Shown here in pieces: positions 19,749 through 30,971 of a stretch of DNA of 64,000 nt. The stretch is from Thermodesulfobacteriota bacterium (GTDB lineage: Bacteria > Desulfobacterota > Desulfarculia > JACQYL01), in the NCBI GenBank assembly GCA_963675595.2, contig CAXXLZ010000002.1:1952001-2016000 (forward strand), read 5' to 3'. The translations under genes and the position numbers were made by a program. Within the stretch, counting starts at the first letter, position 1, and the number at the start of each line of letters is the position of its first letter. The notes below the pieces were generated by a model that made no database searches, was not told where the DNA came from, and saw only the letters and a list, made by a program, of their open reading frames with translations.

Positions 19749-20638
19749 TTCGCCGCATGGCCCCGGTTACACCGTTCCAGCTCGAATGCCATCTCGCGCG
19801 GGACACGGAACGTCACGGAGTCCATCCCGACGATACCTATCTGAAATCCGGCCGGATTCCCCATATCTGGTGTCCGGGTTGCGGGCTCGGGGTGGTGCTG
19901 AACGCCTTCATCCAGGCACTGAAGGATCGAGAGATTCCCCAAGACGCTGCGCCGGTGGTGTCCGGAATCGGGTGCTCGGGTCGCGCCGCCGGCTACTTGA
20001 ACTTGGACACCTACCATACCACTCACGGACGCGCCATACCCTTCGCCACGGGACTTGCCTTGTCGAGGCCCGATTTGAAAGTCACGGTATTCAGCGGTGA
20101 CGGAGACTTGGCGGCCATCGGGGGCAACCATCTCATTCATGCCGCCCGAAGAAACGTGGACGTCAAAGTCATCTGCGTAAACAACTTCAACTACGGCATG
20201 ACCGGCGGTCAGGCCGCTCCAACCACGCCTCTCGACGCCCGCACGTCCACAACGCCTTACGGCAACGTGGAATACCCCTTCAACATCGTAGGATTGGCGG
20301 CCGCGGCGGGAGCCGTCTATGTGGCGCGCTGGACCACCTTCCACGTCCGTTTCCTGGTGGAAGCCATCGGAGAAGCGATGAGCAAGCCGGGCTTCACTTT
20401 CATCGAAGTGCTCGCGCCCTGCCCCACGGGCTACAACCGCCCCAACAAATTGGGCACAGGCTTGGATGTGATGAAGCTTTACAGAGAAAACAGCGTCATT
20501 CAGCACGGTTTGGACCCGAACAAGGCCGAAGCCGACCCGCGCCGCAGGATCGTGGTGGGGAAATTCATCGATTTGGATCGGCCCACGTTCACTCAGAAAT
20601 ATCAAGACATGGTCCGGAAACAAATGAAGAAATCATAA
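19745..20638 (+). CDS. korB: 2-oxoglutarate/2-oxoacid:ferredoxin oxidoreductase beta subunit (TPP-binding)
   Basis: WCPGCG, SGIGCS, HTTHGRA, GDGD...GGNH, NNFNYGMTGGQ. Confidence 0.92.
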   Translation: MIRRMAPVTPFQLECHLARDTERHGVHPDDTYLKSGRIPHIWCPGCGLGVVLNAFIQALKDREIPQDAAPVVSGIGCSGRAAGYLNLDTYHTTHGRAIPFATGLALSRPDLKVTVFSGDGDLAAIGGNHLIHAARRNVDVKVICVNNFNYGMTGGQAAPTTPLDARTSTTPYGNVEYPFNIVGLAAAAGAVYVARWTTFHVRFLVEAIGEAMSKPGFTFIEVLAPCPTGYNRPNKLGTGLDVMKLYRENSVIQHGLDPNKAEADPRRRIVVGKFIDLDRPTFTQKYQDMVRKQMKKS

Positions 20639-21195
20639 TGGAATCCACAGACAAGAAACAAGAGCTTCGTATCTCCGGGTTCGGCGGTCAGGGAATCGTG
20701 CTTGCCGGAAATATTCTGGGCAAGGCCGCTTCACTTTTTGAAGGCCTCCACGCGGTTTTCACTCAAAGCTACGGTCCGGAAGCACGGGGAGGCTCCTGTA
20801 GCGCGGACGTGGTGATCGCCCAAGAAACCATACACTACCCGCGGGTGACTCGCCCCGACGTCTTGGTGTTGATGAGCGAAGACGCCAAGAACAGCTACGC
20901 AGCCTGCATCCCGGAATCCAAACTGATTCTGATCGATCAGGACCTGGTCCAGCTGGACGAGGCTCCTCCCGGCTCCCGTCTCTTCAAGATTCCCGCAACG
21001 CGCATCGCCGAAAAACTCGGAAGAAAGATCGTGGCCAACATTGTCATGCTGGGCTTCATCACGGCAGTCACGGGAACCATCAGCCACGATGCGATGAAGC
21101 AGGCCATCCTGGCCAGCATTCCCGCGGGAACGGAGGAACTCAATCTCAAAGCGTTTGAGGAAGGTTTCAACTACGGCCGGAAGCATTACGCCTGA
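20638..21195 (+). CDS. korC: 2-oxoacid:ferredoxin oxidoreductase gamma subunit
   Basis: SGFGGQG, QSYGPEARGG, ANIVMLG. Confidence 0.92.
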   Translation: MESTDKKQELRISGFGGQGIVLAGNILGKAASLFEGLHAVFTQSYGPEARGGSCSADVVIAQETIHYPRVTRPDVLVLMSEDAKNSYAACIPESKLILIDQDLVQLDEAPPGSRLFKIPATRIAEKLGRKIVANIVMLGFITAVTGTISHDAMKQAILASIPAGTEELNLKAFEEGFNYGRKHYA

Positions 21196-21337
21196 GAGGT
21201 TCCAAATTTCCGGAAACCGTCACCCGACGTTTCCACCGGCACGTAATCGAGACTCTCTTCCCCATAATCGTCCGGATCGATCCAAGCATCCCACAAGCGC
21301 TTGAGCGCTGAACGCTACGAATAGGAGAACCGCAAAC

Positions 21338-23776
21338 TTGCACGTGACCAAGGAAAAGACCAGACCCAAGTCCGAGGATCAGGCCCGTGTGGGCGTGTTC
21401 GTATGCCATTGCGGACTGAACATCGGAGGCACCGTTGACGTGCCGCAAGTTGCCGAGCGGGCGGCGGACCTGCCCGGAGTCGTGTTTTCCAGCTCCAATC
21501 TGTACACGTGCTCCGAGCCCGGACAGGAAGAGATCAAGAAGGCCATACGCGAACACAATCTGAACCGTGTGGTCGTGGCCTCCTGTACTCCTCGCCTGCA
21601 TGAACCCACGTTTCGGGCGGCCTGCGCCGAGGCCGGATTGAATCCCTATCTCTTCGAGATGGCCAACATCCGCGAACACTGCTCGTGGGTTCACCTCCAC
21701 GATAAGGAGCCGGCCACGGAAAAGGCCATGGATATCGTTCGCATGGCCGTGGCCCGGGCACGCCTTCTCGAACCCCAAATCGAGGCGGTGGTTCCCGTTA
21801 CCAACCGGGCTCTGATCATCGGAGGCGGCGTCGCGGGCATTCAGGCCGCCCTCGACCTGGCCGACGAGGGGTTCAAAGTCTACCTTGTGGAGCGCGGCGC
21901 ATCCATCGGTGGGCGTATGGCCCAGATCGACAAGACATTTCCCACCATGGACTGTTCCATCTGTATCCTGGCCCCTAAAATGGCCGAAGTGGGACGTCAC
22001 AAGAACATCACGCTCCTCACCATGAGTGAAGTGGTCGGGCTGGAAGGATACATCGGCAATTTCCGGGTGAAGGTCCACAAGAAGCCCCGGTATGTGACCG
22101 ACCAATGCACCTCGTGCGGAGACTGCGTCAAGGATTGTCCCCAGCTTGCTCCGGACGAATTCAACGAGGGTTTGTCCACGCGTCGGGCCATCCATATTCC
22201 TTTCGCCCAATCCGTTCCTTCCTCTTATGTCATCGACATGGACCTCTGCCTCAACAAGGAGGGCATTCTAGCCTGCGACAAGTGCCTGCAGGCCTGCAAG
22301 GCTCACTGCATCGATTTCGCACAAGGCGAGGAGGACATGGAGATCGAGGTGGGCGCCATTATCGTGGCCACCGGGGTGGATGTTTATGACCCGACCCCGC
22401 TCACGGAAATGGGCTACCGGCGTTTTCCCAACGTCATTACCAGCCTGGAGTTCGAAAGACTCATCAACGCGGGAGGCCCTTCGCAAGGACACTTGATACG
22501 TCCTTCCGACCAGAAAATCCCTAAAAAGGTGGCCTTCCTGCAATGCATCGGGTCCCGCTCCACGCGCGCCAACAAATATTGCAGCAATGTCTGCTGCATG
22601 AACACCATCAAGAACTCCCTGCTCATTAAGGAGCACTGGCCCGAGACCGAGATCAAAGTCTTTTACATCGACATCCGGGCCTTCGGAAAAGGGTTTGAGG
22701 ACTTGTACCGTCGAGCCCGCCGCGAAGGAGTCGAATTCATCCGGGGCATCCCGGGAGAAATCATCGAGGACCCGAGTACCCAGAACCTCGTGCTTATCGG
22801 CGAGAACATGCACCTCGGCGAATGGTACAAGTACGAGGTGGACATGGCCATTTTGAGCGTCGGCCTGGAACCCCGTGCGGACAGCAAGTATCTGCAGCAG
22901 CTGCTGAATCTTTCCGTGGGCAGGGACGGTTTCTTTCTCGAAGCCCACCCCAAACTCCGTCCGGTGGACACGGCCACGGGCGGCATTTTCCTGGCCGGTT
23001 GCGCCGAAGGCCCCAAAGACATTAAAGACAGCGTCACCCAGGCCAGCGCCGCCGCCAGCCGGGCGAGCATCCTGCTGAATCGAGGCGAGGTGACCATCGC
23101 GGCCATTTCCGCCTCCATCGATCCGGATGCGTGTACCGGATGCGGCATGTGCATCAGCGTCTGTCCGTATAAAGCCATCCGAAAAGACGAGGAAACAGGC
23201 AAGGCCGTGGTCATCCAGGCCTCCTGCGCCGGCTGCGGCACCTGTGCGGCGGAATGCCGCTTCGAAGCCGTGAACATGCAACATTTCAGTGATGTTCAGC
23301 TCTACTCCCAAATCAAGGCGGCCACCGTCGAAGAACCCGAAACGAAGATTCTGGCTTTCTGCTGCAACTGGTGTTCTTACGCCGGCGCGGATTTCGCGGG
23401 TGTCAGCCGCATTCAATATCCCACGCAAGCCCGCATCATCCGCACCATGTGCTCGGGGCGGGTGAGCATGGATTTCATTCGCTACGCATTCGCCCGAGGC
23501 GTCGGGGCTGTTCTGGTCAGCGGATGCCATCCCGCCGATTGCCATTACATTAACGCGAATGTCCAGACGGAAAAGCGCGTGAAGAATATCTGGAAAGAAC
23601 TCCAGAAAAAGGGCTTGACCCCCGACCGCCTCCAACTCGCATGGATCAGCGCCGCGGAAGGACAAAGATTCGCCTCCGTGATATCCAAAACCACCGAGAT
23701 TCTTTCGCGCATTACTTTCCGCGAAATCGAGAAAACCAAAGAGGCGTACCGGAAGTACCTGAAAAAGGGAGAGTAA
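21338..23776 (+). CDS. hdrA: Heterodisulfide reductase subunit A with fused C-terminal MvhD/FlpD domain
   Basis: GVFVCHCG, SCTPRLHE, REHCSWVH, GGGVAG, DKTFPTMDCSIC, several CxxCxxC motifs, GPKDI; C-terminal FCCNWCSY...CSGRV...GCHPADCHY (MvhD). Confidence 0.93.
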   Translation: MHVTKEKTRPKSEDQARVGVFVCHCGLNIGGTVDVPQVAERAADLPGVVFSSSNLYTCSEPGQEEIKKAIREHNLNRVVVASCTPRLHEPTFRAACAEAGLNPYLFEMANIREHCSWVHLHDKEPATEKAMDIVRMAVARARLLEPQIEAVVPVTNRALIIGGGVAGIQAALDLADEGFKVYLVERGASIGGRMAQIDKTFPTMDCSICILAPKMAEVGRHKNITLLTMSEVVGLEGYIGNFRVKVHKKPRYVTDQCTSCGDCVKDCPQLAPDEFNEGLSTRRAIHIPFAQSVPSSYVIDMDLCLNKEGILACDKCLQACKAHCIDFAQGEEDMEIEVGAIIVATGVDVYDPTPLTEMGYRRFPNVITSLEFERLINAGGPSQGHLIRPSDQKIPKKVAFLQCIGSRSTRANKYCSNVCCMNTIKNSLLIKEHWPETEIKVFYIDIRAFGKGFEDLYRRARREGVEFIRGIPGEIIEDPSTQNLVLIGENMHLGEWYKYEVDMAILSVGLEPRADSKYLQQLLNLSVGRDGFFLEAHPKLRPVDTATGGIFLAGCAEGPKDIKDSVTQASAAASRASILLNRGEVTIAAISASIDPDACTGCGMCISVCPYKAIRKDEETGKAVVIQASCAGCGTCAAECRFEAVNMQHFSDVQLYSQIKAATVEEPETKILAFCCNWCSYAGADFAGVSRIQYPTQARIIRTMCSGRVSMDFIRYAFARGVGAVLVSGCHPADCHYINANVQTEKRVKNIWKELQKKGLTPDRLQLAWISAAEGQRFASVISKTTEILSRITFREIEKTKEAYRKYLKKGE

Positions 23777-23777
23777 G

Positions 23778-24248
23778 ATGTCCGTCCAGAAAGTCTGGAG
23801 CCTTTTCGACCGAAGTCAACTCTACGAATGCTACGAATGCTCGAGGTGTTCCGGAAGTTGTCCGGTCACCCTGTCCGAAGTGGGTCTGGGACCACGGAAG
23901 ATCCTTCTGAGGTGTCTCCAACAAGGCGAAGAGGCCGTGGTCAAAGATCCCATGATCTGGTACTGCACCACATGCCAGGTCTGCCAAGACCGATGTCCGC
24001 AGGAGATCGATATCCCCGAACTGCTCACGGGCCTCAGAAACATGGCCTCCACCCGCGGCAATATGCCGGAGCGAGTCAAGTTCAGCGTCGAGAAGATCGC
24101 CAAGACCGGACGATCGGTTCTCGCTTTTCGCATCGAACGCGAACGTCAGAGGTACGGCCTACCCGAGTTGACGGAAATCAACACGGAAGAGATCGTGGCT
24201 CTGCTGACGGAAACCGGCTTCTTTCGGGACCTCAAGATCACTCCTTGA
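23778..24248 (+). CDS. hdrC: Heterodisulfide reductase subunit C
   Basis: CYECSRCSGSCP and WYCTTCQVCQDRCP. Confidence 0.9.
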   Translation: MSVQKVWSLFDRSQLYECYECSRCSGSCPVTLSEVGLGPRKILLRCLQQGEEAVVKDPMIWYCTTCQVCQDRCPQEIDIPELLTGLRNMASTRGNMPERVKFSVEKIAKTGRSVLAFRIERERQRYGLPELTEINTEEIVALLTETGFFRDLKITP

Positions 24249-24428
24249 CCAAATAAGGAAAGCAGGTTTCCGGACTTACAACGTTTTTGCTCCCGCTTCG
24301 GACGGACGGTCCCCCACAGCCGCTCCGAATTGCGAACCGTTCATCAGGGATTTTTTGGGTGCGTCCTGTATCTCCCGAAACGTCCGGCTCCCCGTCGAGG
24401 GAATAACCCGGACCAGAGGAAACGAATT

Positions 24429-25352
24429 ATGGGCCTAAGATATGCCTTTTTCCCGGGATGTGTCATTCCGGCCAAATATCCCCACTTCGAAAGCGCCACC
24501 CGTCTCGTGGCCGAAAGATTGGGAATCGAGCTGGTGGACCTCCCTTTCAGTTGCTGCCCTTCATCATCCAACATGAAGCTGGTTCATTACGATTCCTGGC
24601 TCACCTTGGCCGCCCGCAATCTCTGCATCGCCGAAGAGCAGGGCCTGGACATCATGACCATTTGTACGGGATGCTCGAGCACCCTCAAGGAAGTCAATTT
24701 CATTATGAAGGAAAAACCCCATCGGGCCCGTAAGGCCAACCGGCATTTGAAGAAAATCGGAAGGCAGTATGAGGGCGGCATCGGGGTGAAACATTGGTTG
24801 GACGTGCTTTACGACGACGTGGGTCTCGAAGGCATCGCCGAGAAAAAGGTCTACGATCTGAACATGAAGATCGCCTGCCACTACGGCTGCCATTTGTTTC
24901 GACCCGGCTACATCATGTACCCGGAGTTCCTTTCACCCTCGCATTCGTACGTACCCACGTCCATGGAGGAGATTCTGGAAGCTCTCGGCGCGGACCCCGT
25001 GGGATTCATGCGAAGGTTCTTGTGTTGCGGGTATCCATTGTCCGCCAACGTGGCCGAGGAACCCTCCTATAGCATTCTGAGGGAGAAGCTTTTTTACATG
25101 AAGGCGGGCGGAGCCCAGCTCATTTCCGTGGCCTGCGCTTCCTGTTTCGAGCAGTTCGAGCTCGGGCAGCTCTCCCTTAAGAGAAACCGTAAGGAAGACT
25201 ACGGCTTCCCCACTTTGTATATTTCACAGCTTTTGGGCCTGGCTTTCGGTATAGACCCGAAAAAGCTGGGGCTAAAGGAACACATCTACAAAGCCAAGCA
25301 TCTGCTGCCTTTGTTAAGGGAATGCACACCCGCAATGAGTGCATCCGTGTAG
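24429..25352 (+). CDS. hdrB: Heterodisulfide reductase subunit B (two CCG domains)
   Basis: YAFFPGC, FSCCP, CTGC, HYGCH, LCCG, ACASC; ATG at 24429 after GAGGA. Confidence 0.92.
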   Translation: MGLRYAFFPGCVIPAKYPHFESATRLVAERLGIELVDLPFSCCPSSSNMKLVHYDSWLTLAARNLCIAEEQGLDIMTICTGCSSTLKEVNFIMKEKPHRARKANRHLKKIGRQYEGGIGVKHWLDVLYDDVGLEGIAEKKVYDLNMKIACHYGCHLFRPGYIMYPEFLSPSHSYVPTSMEEILEALGADPVGFMRRFLCCGYPLSANVAEEPSYSILREKLFYMKAGGAQLISVACASCFEQFELGQLSLKRNRKEDYGFPTLYISQLLGLAFGIDPKKLGLKEHIYKAKHLLPLLRECTPAMSASV

Positions 25353-25403
25353 TCGCAGTTCTGTTGTGTCGGTAATCATTCTGACGAGGAAAGGTGGTAC
25401 ACT

Positions 25404-26567
25404 ATGAAAATTCATGAATACCAGGCGAAGACGATCCTGGCGCGTCACGGAATCCCGATTCCGGAGGGACGGCCGGCTTTCTCGCCTGAGGAAGCACGCA
25501 AAGTCGCCGAGGAGATGGGCGCGCAGGGATACGTAGTCAAAGCTCAGGTTCACGCGGGCGGAAGAGGCAAGGCCGGAGGAGTCAAACGAGCTTCGACCCT
25601 CGACGAAGTGGAAGCCGCGGCTCGGACCATCATGGAGAAGCCTTTGGTCACAGCCCAAAGCGGACCCGAAGGCAAAAAGGTCAATCGGCTGCTCGTGGAG
25701 CAGGCGGTGCCCTTCAAGCAAGAGCTCTATCTGGGGATCACCGTTGATCGCAGCTCCGCGGCCCCGGTGCTGATCATGAGTACGGCGGGCGGTATGGAGA
25801 TCGAGGAGGTTGCCGCGAAGCAGCCCGAACTCATTCTCAAGGAAACGGTCCATCCGCTCACCGGCCTGGTGCCGTTTCAGTGCAGAAACCTGAACTTCTC
25901 CCTCGGCTTCGGAGCGGGAACCATCAAGGAACTGACCCAGTTGCTCAATCAGGCCTACGAGGTCTTCATGAAGTACGATTGTTCCCTCGTGGAGGTGAAT
26001 CCTCTCGTACTCACCGAAGACGATCACTTCCTGGCTTTGGACGCCAAGATCAACTTCGACGACAACGCTTCCTATCGCCACAAAGAACTCGCCGAACTCC
26101 GGGATCCGGACGAGGAAGACCCTCTGGAAAGAGAAGCCTCCGAATTCAACCTCAACTATATCCGTTTGGACGGCAACGTGGGCGCCATGGTGAACGGCGC
26201 CGGATTGGCCATGGCCACCATGGACCTGATCAAACAGGCCGGGGCCGAGCCCGCCAACTTTCTGGATGTCGGCGGCGGAGCCAACGTTGAGATGATTACC
26301 GCGGGGTTCAAGATCATCTTAGGGGACTCCAGGGTTCGGGCCATTCTGATCAATATTTTCGGCGGCATCCTCAGGTGCGACGTGCTGGCCCAGGGCGTGA
26401 TCGAGGCGGCAAAGACGGTGAAGATCCAGGTGCCCCTCATCGTGCGCCTTCAGGGCACCAATGTGGAAGAGGGCCGTAAAATGCTCATGGAATCCGGGCT
26501 CGACTTCCAGGTGGCCGAAACCATCAACGACGCCGCAAAACTGGTCGCCGCCGCGGTCAACGCGTAG
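25404..26567 (+). CDS. sucC: Succinyl-CoA synthetase beta subunit
   Basis: [54 protein letters not shown]. Confidence 0.97.
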   Translation: MKIHEYQAKTILARHGIPIPEGRPAFSPEEARKVAEEMGAQGYVVKAQVHAGGRGKAGGVKRASTLDEVEAAARTIMEKPLVTAQSGPEGKKVNRLLVEQAVPFKQELYLGITVDRSSAAPVLIMSTAGGMEIEEVAAKQPELILKETVHPLTGLVPFQCRNLNFSLGFGAGTIKELTQLLNQAYEVFMKYDCSLVEVNPLVLTEDDHFLALDAKINFDDNASYRHKELAELRDPDEEDPLEREASEFNLNYIRLDGNVGAMVNGAGLAMATMDLIKQAGAEPANFLDVGGGANVEMITAGFKIILGDSRVRAILINIFGGILRCDVLAQGVIEAAKTVKIQVPLIVRLQGTNVEEGRKMLMESGLDFQVAETINDAAKLVAAAVNA

Positions 26568-26580
26568 AGAGGTGTTTCAC

Positions 26581-27450
26581 ATGTCCATACTTGTGAATGA
26601 AAATACGAGAATCGTCGTCCAGGGAATCACTGGAAAGGAAGGGTCGTTTCACGCGCAGCGCTGCATGGAGTACGGGTCCAAAGTGGTGGCCGGCGTCACT
26701 CCGGGGAAGCGCGGCCAAAAAATGGAAGGCGTGCCCGTGTTCGACCGCGTTGGCGACGCCGTGTGGGAGACCGGTGCCAACGCTTCCCTCATCTTTGTTC
26801 CGCCGCCCTTTGCCGCGGACGCCATTATGGAGGCCGCAGCCGCCGGAATCGAACTCATCGTGTGCATCACCGAAGGGATTCCGACCCTGGACATGGTCAA
26901 AGTCAAACACTTTCTCAACGAGACGGGAGCCTACCTTATCGGTCCCAACTGCCCCGGCGTCATCAGCCCGGGCCAATGCAAGATGGGCATCATGCCGGGT
27001 CACATCCATCGGGAAGGAAATGTCGGCGTGATCTCACGGAGCGGGACCCTGACCTACGAAGTGGTGGACCAGATCACTCGCGTGGGCATGGGGCAGAGCA
27101 CCTGCATCGGCATCGGAGGCGACCCCATTATCGGCCTGAACTTCGTTGATCTCGTCGAGATGTTCGAGGAAGACGACGATACGGATGCCATCGTGCTCAT
27201 CGGTGAAATCGGTGGAACCGCGGAAGAGGAAGCCGCAGCCTACATCGAGGAAAACGTTTGCAAGCCCGTGGTGTCGTTTATCGCCGGGCTGACGGCTCCT
27301 CCGGGTAAACGAATGGGTCACGCAGGCGCCATTATCTCCGGCGGCGCTGGACGCGCCCAGGACAAGATCCGAGCCCTTGAGGGCGCGGGAGTCCGCGTGG
27401 TGCATCATCTCGGAGCCATCGGAGAGTTCCTCACCGGATACGTCAACTAG
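26581..27450 (+). CDS. sucD: Succinyl-CoA synthetase alpha subunit
   Basis: [34 protein letters not shown]; ATG at 26581 after GAGGTG. Confidence 0.97.
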   Translation: MSILVNENTRIVVQGITGKEGSFHAQRCMEYGSKVVAGVTPGKRGQKMEGVPVFDRVGDAVWETGANASLIFVPPPFAADAIMEAAAAGIELIVCITEGIPTLDMVKVKHFLNETGAYLIGPNCPGVISPGQCKMGIMPGHIHREGNVGVISRSGTLTYEVVDQITRVGMGQSTCIGIGGDPIIGLNFVDLVEMFEEDDDTDAIVLIGEIGGTAEEEAAAYIEENVCKPVVSFIAGLTAPPGKRMGHAGAIISGGAGRAQDKIRALEGAGVRVVHHLGAIGEFLTGYVN

Positions 27451-27461
27451 ACATTGGAAAT

Positions 27462-27500
27462 CAGCCGGGGACCGAATATCCGGTCTCCGGTTGCTTTGGT
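27462..27500 (+). terminator. Hairpin terminator after sucD
   Basis: CAGCCGGGGACCG/CGGTCTCCGGTTG stem followed by CTTTGGT. Confidence 0.55.
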
Positions 27501-28142
27501 TCACCGTTTCGTGGCCCGGCCCCCCTGCAAAACCCAGTACAACAAGCCCTTGCCTCATTCCATCCATCCCGATCCGGTGTTCGAGCAAACAGGAAACCGG
27601 AAGCGTCTCTCCAACCACTGAAAAACCCAGATTGGCCCCCATTTCATTAAGAAATGCATCGCCCGGTTGTGTGGAGGCCTCGCAGTGAGACAGGACCATG
27701 GGTTCAGTCGGGGTCCGACTTGCAGGCAAGTATTGAAAATCCCACGCCGCAACCTGATGGGAACCTTCGAGTAATCCTGTTTCCTTCCTTGACCCTGAAA
27801 CACGATGGGAGTTAATCTGTATACTGAACAGTGAATTTCTCTTGTCTTCCTTCCAAATAGCCAACCCACATTATTGATACAGCTTTTGAGTCTCATTAGC
27901 TACATGCCGGTATTGTGTGTTTCCGGAATGTGGAGGATGCTGTTTTCGTCGTATTATGGAGATTCAAGGAGCATTGTTCGGGAGACTTAGCTGTCTTTCC
28001 GGGTGTGGTTCGAATTCCGGGCATACCTTGCTCTTTCGTAATCAGGCCACGCCAGAGGAGACAACCTGGGAGTCGAATAGGTGATACCTCCCAATATCTC
28101 ACGAATGACTTTGTTCTTTAGCTCTGAACCTAACTAAACTTG

Positions 28143-30971
28143 ATGCAAACTCCCTTGGAACCATTCATGCAAAGAATCGAACCGACATCGGACTGCGGAA
28201 ATTTCAAGGGTCTTAGCTTGAAAATCGTTTTCTATTCCACTTTGATCGCCATTGCAGTTCTGCACTTGTTGTCCAGCATTCCTTTCCTTAAGCTTGCCTG
28301 GGATAATTTCAGGACGGCTGAACGCATCAAGCTCATGAATGGGGTTTCCAACGCTCTATTCCAGGCTGTTCGCAATTATGGCTTTGAAAGGGGTCGCGTA
28401 AACGTGGTGTTGAACGATGCCGGACCTGTGGCCAAAATGGAGCGGAATCGTCAATTTGTTATAGAACGAAGAAAGGAAGGCGACCAAGCTTTGCTCGGAG
28501 CGATAGACAATATAAGAGGCCTCGATCCGGAAGGCAAAGAACGACTGATTGAAGAAATATTGACTCAGAAAAGAGTGGTGGAGAAGCTGAGACAACGGGC
28601 CGACGCGAATTCACTTGTCCCCAAAAACCAAAGGGATTCCAGCTTGCCGAAGATCTGGTTTGGGGCAATGACCACACTCATCAAACAAATCGAGTCCCTA
28701 TTGGTCCTGATCTCTCAGGACCTAAGCGACGCCGACGGTATGATCGCCCGCCTTTCCGCCCTCCAACACAAAGCTCTGGCGTTAAGGAACACTTCGGGAC
28801 CGGAGATGTCCATTCTCTCGGCGACCCTCCTCTCCGGCAAACCTATTGAGGCGCAGCTTGTCACGAAGATAAAGGACCTTCAGGCAAGAACGGCTGTTCA
28901 TTTTGAAGATTTGGAGCGTTTGGTCGTCCCACTACGGGGTACGGGTATACCGAAAGCCCTGGATGAGCTTAAAACCGTTTACAATGATGATTACCTGCCT
29001 CGCAGGGAAGCGGTCTTTCCCGCAGCTCTAACCGGCGGTCCGTACCCCTACACTCAATCAGAGTTCTTGAACCAAGGCGTAGAAGCGCTGGAATCCATAG
29101 CCCTTTTCATGGATTCGGTGGTCACCGTTACGAATGAGCGCGCAGAGAACAAATTGGCGTCCGCGAGCAAGGAGCTGATTTTTCTGTCGGCAGATATCAC
29201 CGGGACTATGGGGCTCATCCTGCTGGTTCTGCTCGCTGTTCATTCTAGAGTCATCAAACCGGTGACTCAAATCACACGAGTGATGGGCCGTCTCGCGTCG
29301 GACGACTTGGAGGCGGAAGTCCCCGCAGTTCAAAGGCGGGATGAAGTCGGCGATATGGCCAGAGCGGTAACCGTGTTCAAGGACAATGCCGTTCGTTTGA
29401 AGGTTGACATGGAAGCCCGCCGGAAAGCGGAGGAGGCTCTTCGCCGAAGTGAAGCCATATTGGCCGCCGCCCAGCGAATCGCACAAATCGGCAGCTGGGA
29501 ACTGGATACTGAAACTGGTGAGCTTCATTGGTCTGAGGAGATGTATCGCCTTGCCAACCTGCCCAAGGACGAAACAAGACCGGAAATTGATGCTCTCTGG
29601 CGTTTAGCGAAAGAAGAAGATCGAAAGAAGCTGAAACAAGCCACGACCCAGGCCCTGTCGGCGGGAAAGCCTTACGATTTATCATACACCATTGTGAACG
29701 ATTCCGGTCAGGAGCGGGTTTTCCATGAGATCGTCAACTCGGTGGCCGATCAAACCGGTCGGATTATCCGGCTCATCGGCACGGTACAGGACATCACGGA
29801 ACGCAGAAGACTCGAAGTACGTGTTCAGCAGTCCCAGAAGTTGGAGAGTCTCGGCTTGGTGGCGGGGGGGGTTGCCCACGACTTCAATAACATTTTAGCA
29901 GGCATACTGGGATACGCCGAGCTTTGCCTTGAAGATGTTCGCCCTTATGAAGAAGCCGAGCAGTTTTTGGCGGGAATCATGCAGCTTTCACGCAGAGCCG
30001 CGGGTATTGCCAAACAAATGTTGTCGTACTCGGGGAAGAGTGCGCCGACGAAGCGGAGTGTCGATATTTCGGACACCGTGAGCCGGATGACTGAACTAAT
30101 AGGAGCCGGCTTGTGCAAGAAAGCCCGGCTTCATATGGACCTGAATTTCGGGTTACCCAATATTGAAGGGGATCCCGACCAGATAAGCCAAGTGGTCCTT
30201 AATCTATTGCAGAATGCTTCCGAAGCACTTCCTGAAGCCGGGGGCGATATTCATGTGGCTACGGGTATTGATCATTTCGATCATTCCATGATCCAAAACG
30301 GCTTTTTGTACGATGAGCACCCCGCCGGGAAATATGTCTTCTTGGAAGTAACGGATACAGGCGCAGGGATTCAAACAGAGGATATGAAGAAGATTTTCGA
30401 TCCCTTTTTTACCACCAAGTTCACCGGCCGCGGGCTTGGGCTTGCCGTAGTCCTGGGAATCGTCCGAGGCCACAACGGATTGATTTTGGTGCGCAGTCGC
30501 CTGAATCACGGTTCACGTTTTTTAGTTCTGTTTCCCGTGGCTGAATCGCAGCAAACAGAAGCGCTCCAACAGCAGGAAGAGCCGGTCTCTGAAATCGCGG
30601 GAGAGGGTCGAACAATTCTGGTCGTCGACGACGAAGCCCATGTCCGGGAGGTCGCGGCCAGAATGCTCTCGGCAAAAGGCTTCCGAGTGATAACGGCCGC
30701 AAACGGCCGGGAAGGCATAGACCAATTTCAACGGAGTATGCCTGCAATCGAACTAGTCATTCTGGATATGACCATGCCGGATATGAACGGTCATGAAGTC
30801 TATGAGCAATTGGTCAAGATGCGTCCCGAAATCAAGGTGGTCATAGCGAGTGGGTATAGTGAGGATGCACTACTTCAAATATTTTCACCCAATCGTATAA
30901 GTGCATTTTTACAGAAGCCTTGGCAAGCCAAAAAATTATACGATATTATAGGCAAAGCACTCAAGAATTAG
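28143..30971 (+). CDS. Hybrid sensor kinase (periplasmic sensor, HAMP, PAS, HisKA, HATPase, REC)
   Basis: Two TMs, RRDEVGDMARA (HAMP), IGSWE PAS, AGGVAHDFNNIL, FDPFFTTK, GRGLGL, ILVVDDE...LDMTMP. Confidence 0.92.
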   Translation: MQTPLEPFMQRIEPTSDCGNFKGLSLKIVFYSTLIAIAVLHLLSSIPFLKLAWDNFRTAERIKLMNGVSNALFQAVRNYGFERGRVNVVLNDAGPVAKMERNRQFVIERRKEGDQALLGAIDNIRGLDPEGKERLIEEILTQKRVVEKLRQRADANSLVPKNQRDSSLPKIWFGAMTTLIKQIESLLVLISQDLSDADGMIARLSALQHKALALRNTSGPEMSILSATLLSGKPIEAQLVTKIKDLQARTAVHFEDLERLVVPLRGTGIPKALDELKTVYNDDYLPRREAVFPAALTGGPYPYTQSEFLNQGVEALESIALFMDSVVTVTNERAENKLASASKELIFLSADITGTMGLILLVLLAVHSRVIKPVTQITRVMGRLASDDLEAEVPAVQRRDEVGDMARAVTVFKDNAVRLKVDMEARRKAEEALRRSEAILAAAQRIAQIGSWELDTETGELHWSEEMYRLANLPKDETRPEIDALWRLAKEEDRKKLKQATTQALSAGKPYDLSYTIVNDSGQERVFHEIVNSVADQTGRIIRLIGTVQDITERRRLEVRVQQSQKLESLGLVAGGVAHDFNNILAGILGYAELCLEDVRPYEEAEQFLAGIMQLSRRAAGIAKQMLSYSGKSAPTKRSVDISDTVSRMTELIGAGLCKKARLHMDLNFGLPNIEGDPDQISQVVLNLLQNASEALPEAGGDIHVATGIDHFDHSMIQNGFLYDEHPAGKYVFLEVTDTGAGIQTEDMKKIFDPFFTTKFTGRGLGLAVVLGIVRGHNGLILVRSRLNHGSRFLVLFPVAESQQTEALQQQEEPVSEIAGEGRTILVVDDEAHVREVAARMLSAKGFRVITAANGREGIDQFQRSMPAIELVILDMTMPDMNGHEVYEQLVKMRPEIKVVIASGYSEDALLQIFSPNRISAFLQKPWQAKKLYDIIGKALKN

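Noticed and set aside
21338-25352. Selenocysteine in Hdr/MvhD
   Set aside because: Frames are open with Cys at the motif positions; no in-frame TGA
27990-28030. GGTTCGAATTCC, resembling a tRNA T-loop
   Set aside because: No cloverleaf, D-arm or acceptor stem can be formed around it
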